Shown one piece after another: positions 1-10,254 of a DNA stretch of 64,000 bases. The notes beneath the pieces are model-generated. The model was given only the letters and a program-made list of their open reading frames with translations. It ran no database searches and was not told where the DNA came from. The stretch is from a virus. The stretch lies in the IMG/VR virus record IMGVR_UViG_3300021963_000067, positions 1 through 64,000 of that record; one strand, written 5' to 3'. A program made the translations under genes and the position numbers. Each line of letters opens with the position of its first letter. Position 1 is the stretch's first letter.

Positions 1-243
1 ATTTACAAGGTCAGCTTCTGTTTCATAGACAAGGATTTCGTCAATGTACTTGCAGGCTTTAAGTTGCTCGTAGCGTTCGAATACACTTTGAATAGGTTTG
101 TTTTTGGTATCGGGACGATCTATAGTAGGATCTGTTTGCAACCCCACAATCAAATGGGTGCATTGTGTCTTTGCTTCTTTGAGCATCATAATATGCCCTG
201 CGTGGAACAGGTCAAAAGTTGAGCAAGTAAAACCTATTTTCAT
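1..243 (-). CDS. Cytidylyltransferase (TagD/glycerol-3-phosphate cytidylyltransferase-like), 3' end runs off window
   Basis: Not in ORF track. Read manually from ATG at 243 (ATGA overlap with upstream stop): MKIGFTCSTFDLFHAGHIMMLKEAK...VGLQTDP, with HxGH motif. Confidence 0.85.
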   Translation of the reverse strand, partial: MKIGFTCSTFDLFHAGHIMMLKEAKTQCTHLIVGLQTDPTIDRPDTKNKPIQSVFERYEQLKACKYIDEILVYETEADLVN

Positions 244-995
244 ATTATATTGCGTTTAATTAATTTTAAAATTCGTTTACGCATCTTGTAGGCTTCAAAA
301 TATTCGTAGCACCTAGCCATTGATAGTGTTATAGATGAATGTTTCTTGAGATTAGAACATATCCATTCGGGGCTACGCTCTCCTAATTTTTTAAATTCAA
401 CATCGTCAAATTCAACTAATTTAACTTTTTCTTTAGAATTAAATTTAATATAAATTAGTGCATCACCTTCTTTAATATTAAGTTCTGTAATTCCTGGTTT
501 GAACATGAATGCAGGTTTTCCAGCAACTCTAAACCATTGTCCTATATCAAAACTAGCTGAAATAGAGAATGTGTTTTCTGTAAAGCTATTCAAATCGTAG
601 TATGCAGGCAGTTGATTAGCAATTAAACTTTCTTCACTAAAGAACAAATAACCCATACCTAACTGGTGTATACCAAACTTTCCTTGAGATTCTCCCAGGA
701 ATGCTTTGGTAAAATTCATTTCTTGATTTTCAACTTTAATTGTTGATTTGTTCATGCTTATGTGTAATTTTAAATCTACAGGACTTTTAATCACATATAT
801 ATTTTTTAAGTCGTCGACAATAGCAGGACATTTAGAAACTAACGGTCCGAACAATTCCTGGTAGTTTAAATGTTTTAATAACGGTTCTGGTTCGGGAATT
901 CGCATATCGGAAATTAATGCATCGTCTCCAAACCCTATCATGGCTAGATCTGAAATTCCTGGATTTGATCTAGTCCAGTAGACATTAATAGTCAT
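240..995 (-). CDS. Hypothetical phage protein
   Basis: 251-aa ORF in tightly packed operon. Confidence 0.7.
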   Translation of the reverse strand: MTINVYWTRSNPGISDLAMIGFGDDALISDMRIPEPEPLLKHLNYQELFGPLVSKCPAIVDDLKNIYVIKSPVDLKLHISMNKSTIKVENQEMNFTKAFLGESQGKFGIHQLGMGYLFFSEESLIANQLPAYYDLNSFTENTFSISASFDIGQWFRVAGKPAFMFKPGITELNIKEGDALIYIKFNSKEKVKLVEFDDVEFKKLGERSPEWICSNLKKHSSITLSMARCYEYFEAYKMRKRILKLIKRNII

Positions 996-996
996 A

Positions 997-1365
997 TTAA
1001 CCCTTTAGATATTGTGATAATTCGGGTGCAACCCAGCCTAGAGGCTTAAGTACTTTACCGTCTTCTCGCTTGCGAACTTTGCCGGTCTCATTATCAATTT
1101 TTGCAAAGTTAGTTTTCATAACTTCCTTCCAAGCACCTTCGGCATCTGCACCCATCGAATGAATCGCGCCAATTGTAACAACTAGAATATCAATAAGTGC
1201 ATCTAATTGTTCTACACGATCAGCAGCTATTTCTGCTGAAGTTAGTTCATTAAACTCTTCTTCAATAAGATTTTTATAAAGTTCAAATTGTTTTTCATTT
1301 ATTTCGCCTACTGTTTGGTCGCAGGCCCGCATAAATTTTTCTTGATCACGAAATGGATTCGTCAT
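997..1365 (-). CDS. MazG-like/PRA-PH-like NTP pyrophosphohydrolase
   Basis: EEFNE...DALIDILVV acidic motifs and KREDGKVLKP. Confidence 0.8.
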   Translation of the reverse strand: MTNPFRDQEKFMRACDQTVGEINEKQFELYKNLIEEEFNELTSAEIAADRVEQLDALIDILVVTIGAIHSMGADAEGAWKEVMKTNFAKIDNETGKVRKREDGKVLKPLGWVAPELSQYLKG

Positions 1366-1374
1366 GAGTATCCC

Positions 1375-1617
1375 TTAAGATTTTAGTATCTTAATTATGC
1401 GCTTTTTTTCTTGTTCTGTCAACCACTCTTCTTCTAGACTGCTAAAGTTTGGAGAATCATTTAATGCTTGGTCAACTAGAAATTTAATTTGATATAGGTC
1501 TTTTTTGCAACCAAATGCAGTAAAGCCATCATTGTAGGGACTAGAACACTCCCTAGCGAGTGCATGGACTTGCGTGGCAATTTCTTCCACGCTCCATGAC
1601 TTCTTTTTCATCTGCAT
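1375..1617 (-). CDS. Hypothetical protein
   Basis: 80-aa ORF filling operon gap. Confidence 0.6.
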   Translation of the reverse strand: MQMKKKSWSVEEIATQVHALARECSSPYNDGFTAFGCKKDLYQIKFLVDQALNDSPNFSSLEEEWLTEQEKKRIIKILKS

Positions 1618-1620
1618 GTA

Positions 1621-1980
1621 TTACATCGAATCAGCTACGTACCAGTCTTCGGCTGCGGGTGCATGATCAGAAACACCAATAATACATTTTGCATCAACCC
1701 GGTGAATTTTAACTTCACGCTCGCCGTCGTTAATGTGCATAGCACGAGTCCATCGACCGTGTTCAATCAAGATCCAATCTCCAACTTTTACGTCAGTTTG
1801 ATCGGGACCGATGCAATAGACTTTACCCCATCTAGGCTTGATACCGTGAGTTTTGCCGTTATCGCTTCTGAGAATTAAACCAGCGGCTGTTGTAATGTCT
1901 CCAAACTCCATGTCTGAAACAATTACCCAATCGTGTAGTGCTCGGATCTTAATGTTTTTAACGTCAAAATTTGTAGCCAT
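1621..1980 (-). CDS. groES: Co-chaperonin GroES (Cpn10) family
   Basis: IRALHDWVIV...TTAAGLIL...GKVYCIGP...VKVGDWIL pattern. Confidence 0.85.
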   Translation of the reverse strand: MATNFDVKNIKIRALHDWVIVSDMEFGDITTAAGLILRSDNGKTHGIKPRWGKVYCIGPDQTDVKVGDWILIEHGRWTRAMHINDGEREVKIHRVDAKCIIGVSDHAPAAEDWYVADSM

Positions 1981-1983
1981 GTT

Positions 1984-2220
1984 TTATTTCTTTCCGCCAG
2001 CTCTAGAAGAAACTAGTTCATCCTCAACTGCTCTAGGATTATTTTTATAGTAGTCTTGCAAAATTTGCTCACGTGTGCGCACCACCTTGCCACCAGAACC
2101 TAACTCGTCCCCTCTAGCATTTACTTTCATGTTTCCGATTGCAGGAGACAATTCATTTTTAAGCTGAAGCTTTTCCATGTCAATTTGTTTGCCCTGCATA
2201 CTTGTATAAACTCTACCCAT
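1984..2220 (-). CDS. Hypothetical phage protein
   Basis: 78-aa ORF with GGAG RBS, in operon. Confidence 0.65.
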   Translation of the reverse strand: MGRVYTSMQGKQIDMEKLQLKNELSPAIGNMKVNARGDELGSGGKVVRTREQILQDYYKNNPRAVEDELVSSRAGGKK

Positions 2221-2692
2221 TTTGATCTCCTTTAAAGAACTCTTCTATTGGTATATTGTATTTAACGCTGTCGATCTTATGGACCCCAATGATGTGAAGC
2301 ACATAGCTAGCTACACTAGATCCACGACCTACTCCCCAAACTATGTTATTAGCTCTAAGAGTGTCTACTACATATTTCATGGTTTTTAACACAGGAATCA
2401 TATCGTGTTTGGCAAATAGCCTTAGTTCTTCAACTACTCTTGCTCGTATTTCGGGAGTCGGACAACGTTGATATAACCAGTCTAAAAGATCCATAGTTCG
2501 ATACTCTTCCGGAATAAACCAGTGTGCAGTATCGATTTGTTGTTTTGGAATTGGGTAATCTAAAAATTCGTCGTTAATATGTTGAACGTATTTTTCTAAT
2601 TCTTTAGATTGTGAAACGCAGTGTGAAAGAATATCAGGACCGTGTCTTAGAACGCCTTCTGTTAATTCTTCAATTGTGTTATTTGTTAACAT
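2213..2692 (-). CDS. Stand-alone DNA polymerase III alpha (DnaE) palm-region fragment
   Basis: GVGRGSSVASYVLHIIGVHKIDSVKYNIPIEEF matches the DnaE GxGRGSxxxSLVxYxLGITxIDPxxxxLxFERF motif; only 159 aa. Confidence 0.75.
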   Translation of the reverse strand: MLTNNTIEELTEGVLRHGPDILSHCVSQSKELEKYVQHINDEFLDYPIPKQQIDTAHWFIPEEYRTMDLLDWLYQRCPTPEIRARVVEELRLFAKHDMIPVLKTMKYVVDTLRANNIVWGVGRGSSVASYVLHIIGVHKIDSVKYNIPIEEFFKGDQNG

Positions 2693-2915
2693 TAATTAGT
2701 TGATCCAAATCGCCATCAAAATTCATTTTAGTTTTTTCTAAATATCTATTTGATAATTCCTGTTTGTATATTGTAACAAACATTCCGATTTGTGTCAAGA
2801 GCTCAGGTTTACCTAAACGCTGAGCCGTGAAATACTTTCTGGTTAATTCTTGTAGTTTTTCTTCAACTTCATTGTCTTTCAAATGCGAAAGATCGGTTCC
2901 CCGAGGATCAAACAT
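2679..2915 (-). CDS. Hypothetical protein
   Basis: 78-aa ORF overlapping both neighbours. Confidence 0.6.
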   Translation of the reverse strand: MFDPRGTDLSHLKDNEVEEKLQELTRKYFTAQRLGKPELLTQIGMFVTIYKQELSNRYLEKTKMNFDGDLDQLINVNK

Positions 2916-3499
2916 TAGCTAAACTGTCCTAGATAACGTAAAAAGATTCTGTCGCTTTTGTGTTTCCAAACTTCAACAAACACAGGATTGCCACTGCCTG
3001 CTGCGGCTTCTGCAGATGTAATAGTAAATGGAGCAGGAAATGCTGCATCTTTTTTAATTACAGTTCCGCCGACTGTGCTAAAAGTTAATGTTCTAGCAGT
3101 ACCATCACCGTACAATTCCAATGTAATTTTCCCAACTCCCTCGGGTAATGTATCATCATCTGGGAAGTTTAAAAATTCTACAGTTGTGCTGACGCCAAAT
3201 CTAAAAATTTGATAGTTGCCGTTTTCGTAGTCAACAGTTAGGGGAGCTGTAATTACTCCGCCGTCGAATTTCTTATCGTAGTTATTGAGCATTACTGCAC
3301 CACTTAACAGTTTTTTGTTAAAGTCGTTGTCAGCATCAGTTCTTGCTACATTATTTTGTAAATCAGTGATCTCAGTTTTAGCTGTGTTGAGACTGGTTTT
3401 GATAGTATCAAAGTTATCTCTAAACACCTGCGTGTCGTTGTCCTCTCCTGCTACAGGAAAGTTTTCATTTATGCCCAAATAGTTAATATTGCTCGTCAC
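2915..3499 (-). CDS. Putative virion structural (baseplate/fibre) protein
   Basis: N-terminal GEDNDTQVFRDNF motif, short coiled coil, position in structural block. Confidence 0.6.
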   Translation of the reverse strand: MTSNINYLGINENFPVAGEDNDTQVFRDNFDTIKTSLNTAKTEITDLQNNVARTDADNDFNKKLLSGAVMLNNYDKKFDGGVITAPLTVDYENGNYQIFRFGVSTTVEFLNFPDDDTLPEGVGKITLELYGDGTARTLTFSTVGGTVIKKDAAFPAPFTITSAEAAAGSGNPVFVEVWKHKSDRIFLRYLGQFS

Positions 3500-5961
3500 G
3501 GTAATTTTTCTCCACGTTGCGGAAATGCAAGGTATTTATCCTCAATTTCTCCGTCTAAAATATCTATTACATATCGATCAGCGGTAAAGTCGATGGATTT
3601 AAAGTCAAAACCGCTGGATTTTATTCTGGAAAGAACCTTTTCGGAAGATCCGGGTTGTAAGTAGCACAAGATCAATGCCTTTACATAACCAGTCTCTACA
3701 AAGCTGTCGGTCTGTATACTACGCATCCACAACGGCAAAAATTCTCTGTCTCTTTCTCCAACACCTTGTATTCTCTTTCTCATGTTCTTGATACTGTTAG
3801 GGAATATACGTTGGTGATCGCTATCGCTGGCAAATGGAATATTGCTGTCAACTTTGATAGAATCATAGCTGATAAGCACTTTACTGTTTATGTTGTTTGG
3901 TAAATTTACAGAATTACTAATGCTTTTTCCGTTCTTTTCAAACTCGTCTACTATATCTACATAAACAACTTCGTACAGAGGTTGTTGAGTTAGCAGATCC
4001 TTTGCCACTGCATATTTAACATCACCAAATCTAATCTGTTTTCTGTAGTGATTTCTACTCAAAGCCTGTATATAGTTAACTGCTCCAACACTTTCAATAC
4101 CTGCAAACAATAGAATTTTTAATTCTGTTTGAATTCCAAAGTTAGCATCGCCGTATCGGTAGATTTCGTCATTTCTAAATATATTAGAATCAGTGATAAA
4201 GTTGTACCAGTTTAATCGCTTGTCTTTAGTTTGGAATGCTTTTAGATACAGATTGGCAAATGTCTTTTCTGTGTTAGCTACTACAGTAATGAAAAATTCT
4301 TTAATATTTTCTGCAAATTGCGCAGTATCTCTAGCTTTTACTTTAAATATAAACTTCTTGTCAAAGCTAGAAGTATCAGCATCAAACGTGGTATTAAACG
4401 TAATAGTGCCAGTAGAATCTACAAGAGAAGAGTCTCTGTCAAAGAATCTAGTTAGGCCAGGGCCTGCACTGTCGGCAAACTGTTTTACTTTGCCCTGAAT
4501 GATGCCTGTGGATAATAATGTTAGTCCTGGCGGCAAGGTCCCTGAATAGAGTTCGTAGACAACCTTGTTTCCATATAAAAGACTTTCAGCTTCTACGTTG
4601 ACAGTACTAGGTTGATTGGGTTTGATAACACCTCGATCACTATCAGATATCCATCTAATGGCGCTTTCGATTTCTCCAACAATATCTACCGTGAACGTTT
4701 TCTCTGCTGTAGCAACACCCAGATTCCAATAAGGACCATCTACGGGAACTACGTTTCTATGTTCTTGTAAACATATGTAGACAAAGCCTAAATATCTTAC
4801 AGCTTCGTTTTCACGATAAATTCTAGTTGAACTCCAATCTCCAACTAGCGTATAATCTACATCAGCTAGATTTGCAGGAAAATTTACAGCCTGCATGGTA
4901 AACTGATAGGTCTTGGTTATGGCTGCTTGATAAGGCACCCGACCTGCAAGTTCGCCTGTCTGCGTATCTAGTACCAAGCCTGGAGGAATAATGCTAGGCG
5001 AATTGTCAGGATTGGTTGCTAGTAGGAAATAGGTTATTGTACCGGACAATGATACCGGATCGTAGACATCTAGATATATTGTAACATAATTGTCGGCTCT
5101 AAAGCGTCCGAGGTAGCTTTCGGTAATCCATAATGGTAGTCTATCTCCGGTAACATCCGCTTGAAACAAATTGGTATCAACTTGTACAATACTATTATCA
5201 GCTTTTAGGAATTCTTCAGTAACTACCCAAATTCTAAATACTCTGCGTACTTCATTGACGCCGTCGCTGACAGCAACAATGAATGTGTAAAATCTGCTTA
5301 ATCTTCTAGGTGTTCTAGATGGTTCGTTATAATCATAGGTTACGTTATCATAAAGATAACTGTCAAACCCGTTTGACCGTGCTTCTGATTTGTCTAATGG
5401 TAGTACATCAAAAGCTGCGGTATCATATGCACCTGTTTGTATTTCTGAATAGTCTACTGCAAATATAGGATCAGTAAAGCCGGATATAACACCCGTCTTG
5501 CTGAGAGACAGTCCCGGAGGAAGTTCTCCGCCTACTGGCACTAGGTAAAATTCTAAATTATCCCCGGCATTAATATCGGTGTCGTCTGCTTCAAGTTGAA
5601 ATTCTACATAAGAATTATCTAGGACAAAGTAGGCATTGTTAGGGCCAACATTGAGAAATCCTTCTCGAGTTAACCAATAGGGTAGATCACTACCGTCCAC
5701 CGACAGCTTGAAAGTTCTATCTTCAAGATCTACTCCATCAAAGGCACGTATAACAAATCTATATTCTGTGAACTGTCTAACCTCTACAGGGCTTCCCTTG
5801 ATAACATTGTTGACTAATCGTAATCCGCGAGGTAAACGTCCGGCTATCAAACTATAGGTAATATCGCCTAAGTTTGAAGTTGCAGATACAGCAATCTCTA
5901 GAGTATTTCTCTCTACAATTATTCCCAGACTACCTGCAGGAGTGATCCAAGTTATAGCCAT
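3496..5961 (-). CDS. Putative baseplate/virion protein with Ig-like (He_PIG-type) repeats
   Basis: Repeated GxLPPGLxL...GxIxG motifs; 821 aa. Confidence 0.65.
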   Translation of the reverse strand: MAITWITPAGSLGIIVERNTLEIAVSATSNLGDITYSLIAGRLPRGLRLVNNVIKGSPVEVRQFTEYRFVIRAFDGVDLEDRTFKLSVDGSDLPYWLTREGFLNVGPNNAYFVLDNSYVEFQLEADDTDINAGDNLEFYLVPVGGELPPGLSLSKTGVISGFTDPIFAVDYSEIQTGAYDTAAFDVLPLDKSEARSNGFDSYLYDNVTYDYNEPSRTPRRLSRFYTFIVAVSDGVNEVRRVFRIWVVTEEFLKADNSIVQVDTNLFQADVTGDRLPLWITESYLGRFRADNYVTIYLDVYDPVSLSGTITYFLLATNPDNSPSIIPPGLVLDTQTGELAGRVPYQAAITKTYQFTMQAVNFPANLADVDYTLVGDWSSTRIYRENEAVRYLGFVYICLQEHRNVVPVDGPYWNLGVATAEKTFTVDIVGEIESAIRWISDSDRGVIKPNQPSTVNVEAESLLYGNKVVYELYSGTLPPGLTLLSTGIIQGKVKQFADSAGPGLTRFFDRDSSLVDSTGTITFNTTFDADTSSFDKKFIFKVKARDTAQFAENIKEFFITVVANTEKTFANLYLKAFQTKDKRLNWYNFITDSNIFRNDEIYRYGDANFGIQTELKILLFAGIESVGAVNYIQALSRNHYRKQIRFGDVKYAVAKDLLTQQPLYEVVYVDIVDEFEKNGKSISNSVNLPNNINSKVLISYDSIKVDSNIPFASDSDHQRIFPNSIKNMRKRIQGVGERDREFLPLWMRSIQTDSFVETGYVKALILCYLQPGSSEKVLSRIKSSGFDFKSIDFTADRYVIDILDGEIEDKYLAFPQRGEKLP

Positions 5962-5973
5962 GAATCCGTATCC

Positions 5974-6516
5974 TTAAAATGCACCAAGGTCTAGACTAAT
6001 CGTCCCTGGATTCGTTATAGTACCAAAATCTACATTAGCTGCGGCTAATGCAAGCTGTGGGGAATATAAAAAGTTATTGCCCAATACTCCAAAGTCAAAT
6101 CCAGCAATAATTTGATTTAGGTCTAAATTTGTATCAACGGTTATGACAGAACCTACAGCAGATACATTAATATTATCACCACCCTCTAAGGTAATGTTAA
6201 GATGATCGCTGGCATTAACAACTCCAAGGTCTGTATCGATTCTAGCAAAGCCGTCGGGTTGTTGATTATTGATTACAATGGTATTTGTTAGTTCATTGAT
6301 GAACATTTTAGTACCAGCTACTAGTGTTTTGAACTGTAAGTCGACACCGATTTTTTCTTTAAATACGCCTGCACCACCACCTAAATTACTAGCAGTTACC
6401 GTAATGCTAGCAGCCAGATCGGTAAAATTAGCATTTACTTTCTGAAAGGCCGTGCGTAGATCATCGCCTAGGCCATCATTTACCACATTGCCGATATTAA
6501 TTGTTTGTATAGTCAT
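5974..6516 (-). CDS. Baseplate/fibre-attachment protein with T4 gp9/gp10-like N-terminus
   Basis: INIGNVVNDGLGDDLRTAFQKVNANF. Confidence 0.7.
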   Translation of the reverse strand: MTIQTINIGNVVNDGLGDDLRTAFQKVNANFTDLAASITVTASNLGGGAGVFKEKIGVDLQFKTLVAGTKMFINELTNTIVINNQQPDGFARIDTDLGVVNASDHLNITLEGGDNINVSAVGSVITVDTNLDLNQIIAGFDFGVLGNNFLYSPQLALAAANVDFGTITNPGTISLDLGAF

Positions 6517-6543
6517 AACACGCTCTCTTTAGTATATTTACCG

Positions 6544-7551
6544 TTAGCTTAATCTCACAAATACCTGGCCGCTGTACCCTGTTTTATGATAAGGATAACC
6601 AACAGCAACACCTCCCGCGGCCGCCGCAGAATCATCTGAGTATGGTCCGGGAATACCTGCCCAGGCTGTGGTCTGGACTGTGGTATCTGGAAATGTTAAA
6701 TTACCATCTTCACCGAACTGCCATCTACGCAGTGTTGAGTCTGCAAGGTTGATCTCAATGTTGATGTTGCCTTCACTGCGGATATCACCCGGTATAGTTA
6801 AACTACCATCTGCACTAAATGTCCAATTCTTTGATCCTCCAGGTGCAGCGCCAGACCCGTTGGCTATTATGTTAAGGTTGTCCTGTGAAGTAAGTGCAAG
6901 ACTGCCTGACACTGAACTAACTTCAGCACCTTGTATTATTAGTTGATCGCCGCCCGTAATGGCAGGAAATGTTACATAAGGATTAGCACCACCTACCAGT
7001 ACGACTTCATCACCGTCGTCGGCAAGTCTATCTTGAGTGAGGGGAACATTGACCCATTGATAGCCTGCCCAGGCGATAGTATCTCCAGCGTTAGGACTAT
7101 TGACATTTAAATCACTAAGATTATCCAATGTCATAAACTCGCCGTTTTCGTGTGCTACTCTATTGTTGTTAAAAGTTAGTTCGCCTTGGTTGTTTATGCT
7201 TAATGAATTACCACCGATGTAGATTGTGTTGTTGCTGACATACAAACTTTTCCACGGTCTAGCCGAACTGCCTAGATCGCCGCCGTTGGCCACACTGGGT
7301 AAAACATCCCCACCCACTGTCAAGTTGCTGGTTATGGTTGTTGCTTGGTCTATTGTTATAGAACTGCTGTCAGTGGTGCTTAGTGTGCTACCTGTAAATT
7401 CAAACGCACCTAGATTCAACGGAGCAACATCCAACCCTAATGATGTATAAAGTTCTGTAAAGTTTGCATTAACTTTTTGGAACGCTGCCCGTAGACTGTC
7501 TCCTCTACGATCATTTGGCGACGTTCCTACATTAATTGTTTGTTTTGTCAT
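6544..7551 (-). CDS. Tail fibre-like protein with gp9/gp10-like N-terminus
   Basis: INVGTSPNDRRGDSLRAAFQKVNANF; DLGSSARPWKSLY; WxFxxDGxLTxP repeats. Confidence 0.7.
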   Translation of the reverse strand: MTKQTINVGTSPNDRRGDSLRAAFQKVNANFTELYTSLGLDVAPLNLGAFEFTGSTLSTTDSSSITIDQATTITSNLTVGGDVLPSVANGGDLGSSARPWKSLYVSNNTIYIGGNSLSINNQGELTFNNNRVAHENGEFMTLDNLSDLNVNSPNAGDTIAWAGYQWVNVPLTQDRLADDGDEVVLVGGANPYVTFPAITGGDQLIIQGAEVSSVSGSLALTSQDNLNIIANGSGAAPGGSKNWTFSADGSLTIPGDIRSEGNINIEINLADSTLRRWQFGEDGNLTFPDTTVQTTAWAGIPGPYSDDSAAAAGGVAVGYPYHKTGYSGQVFVRLS

Positions 7552-7562
7552 TCTGCGCTCCG

Positions 7563-10253
7563 TTATAATGTTCTTTTAATTCTAGGTCTAGGATAAACCG
7601 ATCCTGTTGTGGGTCTTGGTTTATAGTTGATTTTTGGAAATACATTGCCACTAGTTTCCCTTTCTTTTTTGTAAAACAAATACAGATTCGGTGAACCCTG
7701 TAGATCTTGTCCGTCTGTAGGACCGCCTGAAGTTGCCACAAGTTGTCCTGATTTGGCAATGGCTGTTATATAGGCTTTTGCCCGCTCTTGATTCATATCC
7801 GGATAAATTTCTAATGCACATGCCAATACTCCACACACCTGCGGGCTGGCCATTGATGTACCACTATACTTACCAATGCGATAGGTGCTGTTTCTAGGAT
7901 CTCCGGCACCACCACTTGGCAATGCACTAATAATATATGTTCCTGGAGCATATAGATCAACTCCTGGACCACAGTCACTAAATAACACCTTCTGGTCAAT
8001 TTGAATGGTGTCGACAGCACCTACACATATTGCTGGTAGGTCATGTGTGCCATAGGTTAGATTATCGCCGGCTGTAGGGCTTGTTCCCCTGTGAGTATAA
8101 TAGGGCTGTAGGACACTAGCAGGATATCTTACAGCCATCTCAAATGTGTTATTCCAATCAACTCCCCCCGGTACATCATGCATCCACCGCCCGTTACCCG
8201 CAGCCCCAACCATGATAATGCCTTCGTCGTAGAGATCCTCAATGTCATCGTCGCAGGCAGGTACTCTCAAAGGAATACGTTGTCCACTAATAAATCCCCA
8301 GGCATTGAGTTGTGCGGTTGTAAATCCACCACCAGTAGTCTTGGCGCTGTTAACACCAACCTGAAGATCTATTTGGCTAGGAGCATTTTCATAGAATGTC
8401 CATTCGCATATCATTGTAGGACTACCCAGGGTTCCTGAGGTAGTTGATGTACCTTCCTGTCTTACTCTAAATGTTCTATTTGGTGCAACACCTTCAGTAC
8501 CGTAATATATTCTTTGTACTGAATTGTCTTGAGCGCACCACATGATTTTAGGCAGTGCAGGATTAGTAATACTAACACCACTCCATACAGTTGACCCATT
8601 GCCAAATGTTAGATAAAAGTTTGTACTGGGATATATTGTGTTGTATGTAGTTCCTAAGTAGGTGATATTAAAAGGCAGAGACAATGTCCAATAGCCGTCG
8701 TCATTGTTTCCTGTTGTGGGTGCAGTTGATGCTGTTAGGCTTGCCGCACCTAGCAGGCTGTTTGTAATACTACTGACATTAGCAGCCTCACTGCCACTTG
8801 ATGTTTGTGTAATGGTACACAACATGGCAAATGCTGTTAACGGATTGCTTACTTGACTTATATCTAAATTTGTTGTATAGGTAATAGTATAACTGCCAGT
8901 AGTAGGAAGAGTTATATTTTCATCAATAACAGCTTCAACATCTCCGCCTTCGATCGACGTAAACGGTCCTTGACTAAATGCAGTTATAACAGAGTTATCA
9001 CTTTGTCGAACTATCTGTATACCAATAGACAAACTGGTTTGTCCTGTTTGACCTCCTGAAGCAATATCATTTTTAACTCTTATTGTGGTATTATTACCTG
9101 TGGTAGTTAATGTTATTACATAAGTTGCGTCTGGAGGTGATGTACCTAACAAATATGCTGATTGGTTTGATTCTAAGGTCCACGATGCAGGTTTTGAATT
9201 AATAGTTCCACCTGTAGCACCTACTGGTCCTGAAGTGGTTATTCTGTTTCCAAAATTTTCCAAACCTAATAAATTTGCCAGTCTAGTTGAACTTGTGCAA
9301 ACACCACTGGTTCCAAGGAAGGTAATGGCACCACCTGGTGTATATCTAGTTCCTCGATAGGTCACTGCGGTAATATCAGTCATACTCCATTCGCTAGGAA
9401 ATATACTATCTCCCCAGCTGTTGTTTACAATTGTGGGATTTTTTCTTCCAGTTGCAGGATTAACTGCTTTATTCCTATGAAATGCTCGAACGTAATCAAA
9501 TACCAAACTGAAATTACCTGCATTACCAGTATCATAGTATAAACTATAAATTGTACTATCACGGGCCCAGCCTTGTGTATTTCCTGCTACAGTTCCAGCT
9601 ACATGCATGCCGTGTGGATCAAGTAGACCTAGATTGTATGTGCTCGCAGCAGCACCAGTTACTTCTGGATTATGTTGAAACCAATTGTAGTTTACAACTC
9701 GTGATCCACCTGTGCCGTCTGCGTTGACCGCAAACTCAGGATGTGCCTGTGTTGGCAGTCCGGTATCACAGATTACAACATCAACATTACGACCAGTTTG
9801 TGCCAGCTCAATTGTGCCAGTTTGTGCCGGCGTACCTGAGCCGTTGCCTTGATAGCCAGTTCCACCCCATCCTGTACGTTGTTGGCCTTCAGTGCATCTC
9901 AATAAAGCCCAATTTTTCATATTGTTTGAAGTAGCGGAAGATTTATCCCAAGAAGAACTAGTTTGAGTAGTTGTATTGGTACCGGCCTTAATACCTAGTT
10001 CGTCTGGATGTACGCTGACTGCCTTTACTCTAGGATCGGTCCTTAACTGTGTTGCTTCCCAGTCTGTCAGTCTATACACAGTGTTCCTACTCATAGGTCT
10101 ACGTTCTAGGCACTGTACATCACGATTTAATTCTGTATTAGGTGGCGCTTTACCTGCCGTTTCTAATTCTTCGTAGATAGCATCAAGGTCATCGTAGTTG
10201 TACACTGTGACAATGTACTTTCTAGTCTGTATGTAAGACAACATTTCTGACAT
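7563..10253 (-). CDS. Subtilisin-like S8 serine protease with large internal insertion, probably virion-associated
   Basis: Triad motifs VVICDTG, HGMHVAGTVAG, GTSMASP; oxyanion AAGN. Confidence 0.85.
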   Translation of the reverse strand: MSEMLSYIQTRKYIVTVYNYDDLDAIYEELETAGKAPPNTELNRDVQCLERRPMSRNTVYRLTDWEATQLRTDPRVKAVSVHPDELGIKAGTNTTTQTSSSWDKSSATSNNMKNWALLRCTEGQQRTGWGGTGYQGNGSGTPAQTGTIELAQTGRNVDVVICDTGLPTQAHPEFAVNADGTGGSRVVNYNWFQHNPEVTGAAASTYNLGLLDPHGMHVAGTVAGNTQGWARDSTIYSLYYDTGNAGNFSLVFDYVRAFHRNKAVNPATGRKNPTIVNNSWGDSIFPSEWSMTDITAVTYRGTRYTPGGAITFLGTSGVCTSSTRLANLLGLENFGNRITTSGPVGATGGTINSKPASWTLESNQSAYLLGTSPPDATYVITLTTTGNNTTIRVKNDIASGGQTGQTSLSIGIQIVRQSDNSVITAFSQGPFTSIEGGDVEAVIDENITLPTTGSYTITYTTNLDISQVSNPLTAFAMLCTITQTSSGSEAANVSSITNSLLGAASLTASTAPTTGNNDDGYWTLSLPFNITYLGTTYNTIYPSTNFYLTFGNGSTVWSGVSITNPALPKIMWCAQDNSVQRIYYGTEGVAPNRTFRVRQEGTSTTSGTLGSPTMICEWTFYENAPSQIDLQVGVNSAKTTGGGFTTAQLNAWGFISGQRIPLRVPACDDDIEDLYDEGIIMVGAAGNGRWMHDVPGGVDWNNTFEMAVRYPASVLQPYYTHRGTSPTAGDNLTYGTHDLPAICVGAVDTIQIDQKVLFSDCGPGVDLYAPGTYIISALPSGGAGDPRNSTYRIGKYSGTSMASPQVCGVLACALEIYPDMNQERAKAYITAIAKSGQLVATSGGPTDGQDLQGSPNLYLFYKKERETSGNVFPKINYKPRPTTGSVYPRPRIKRTL

Positions 10254-10254
10254 A

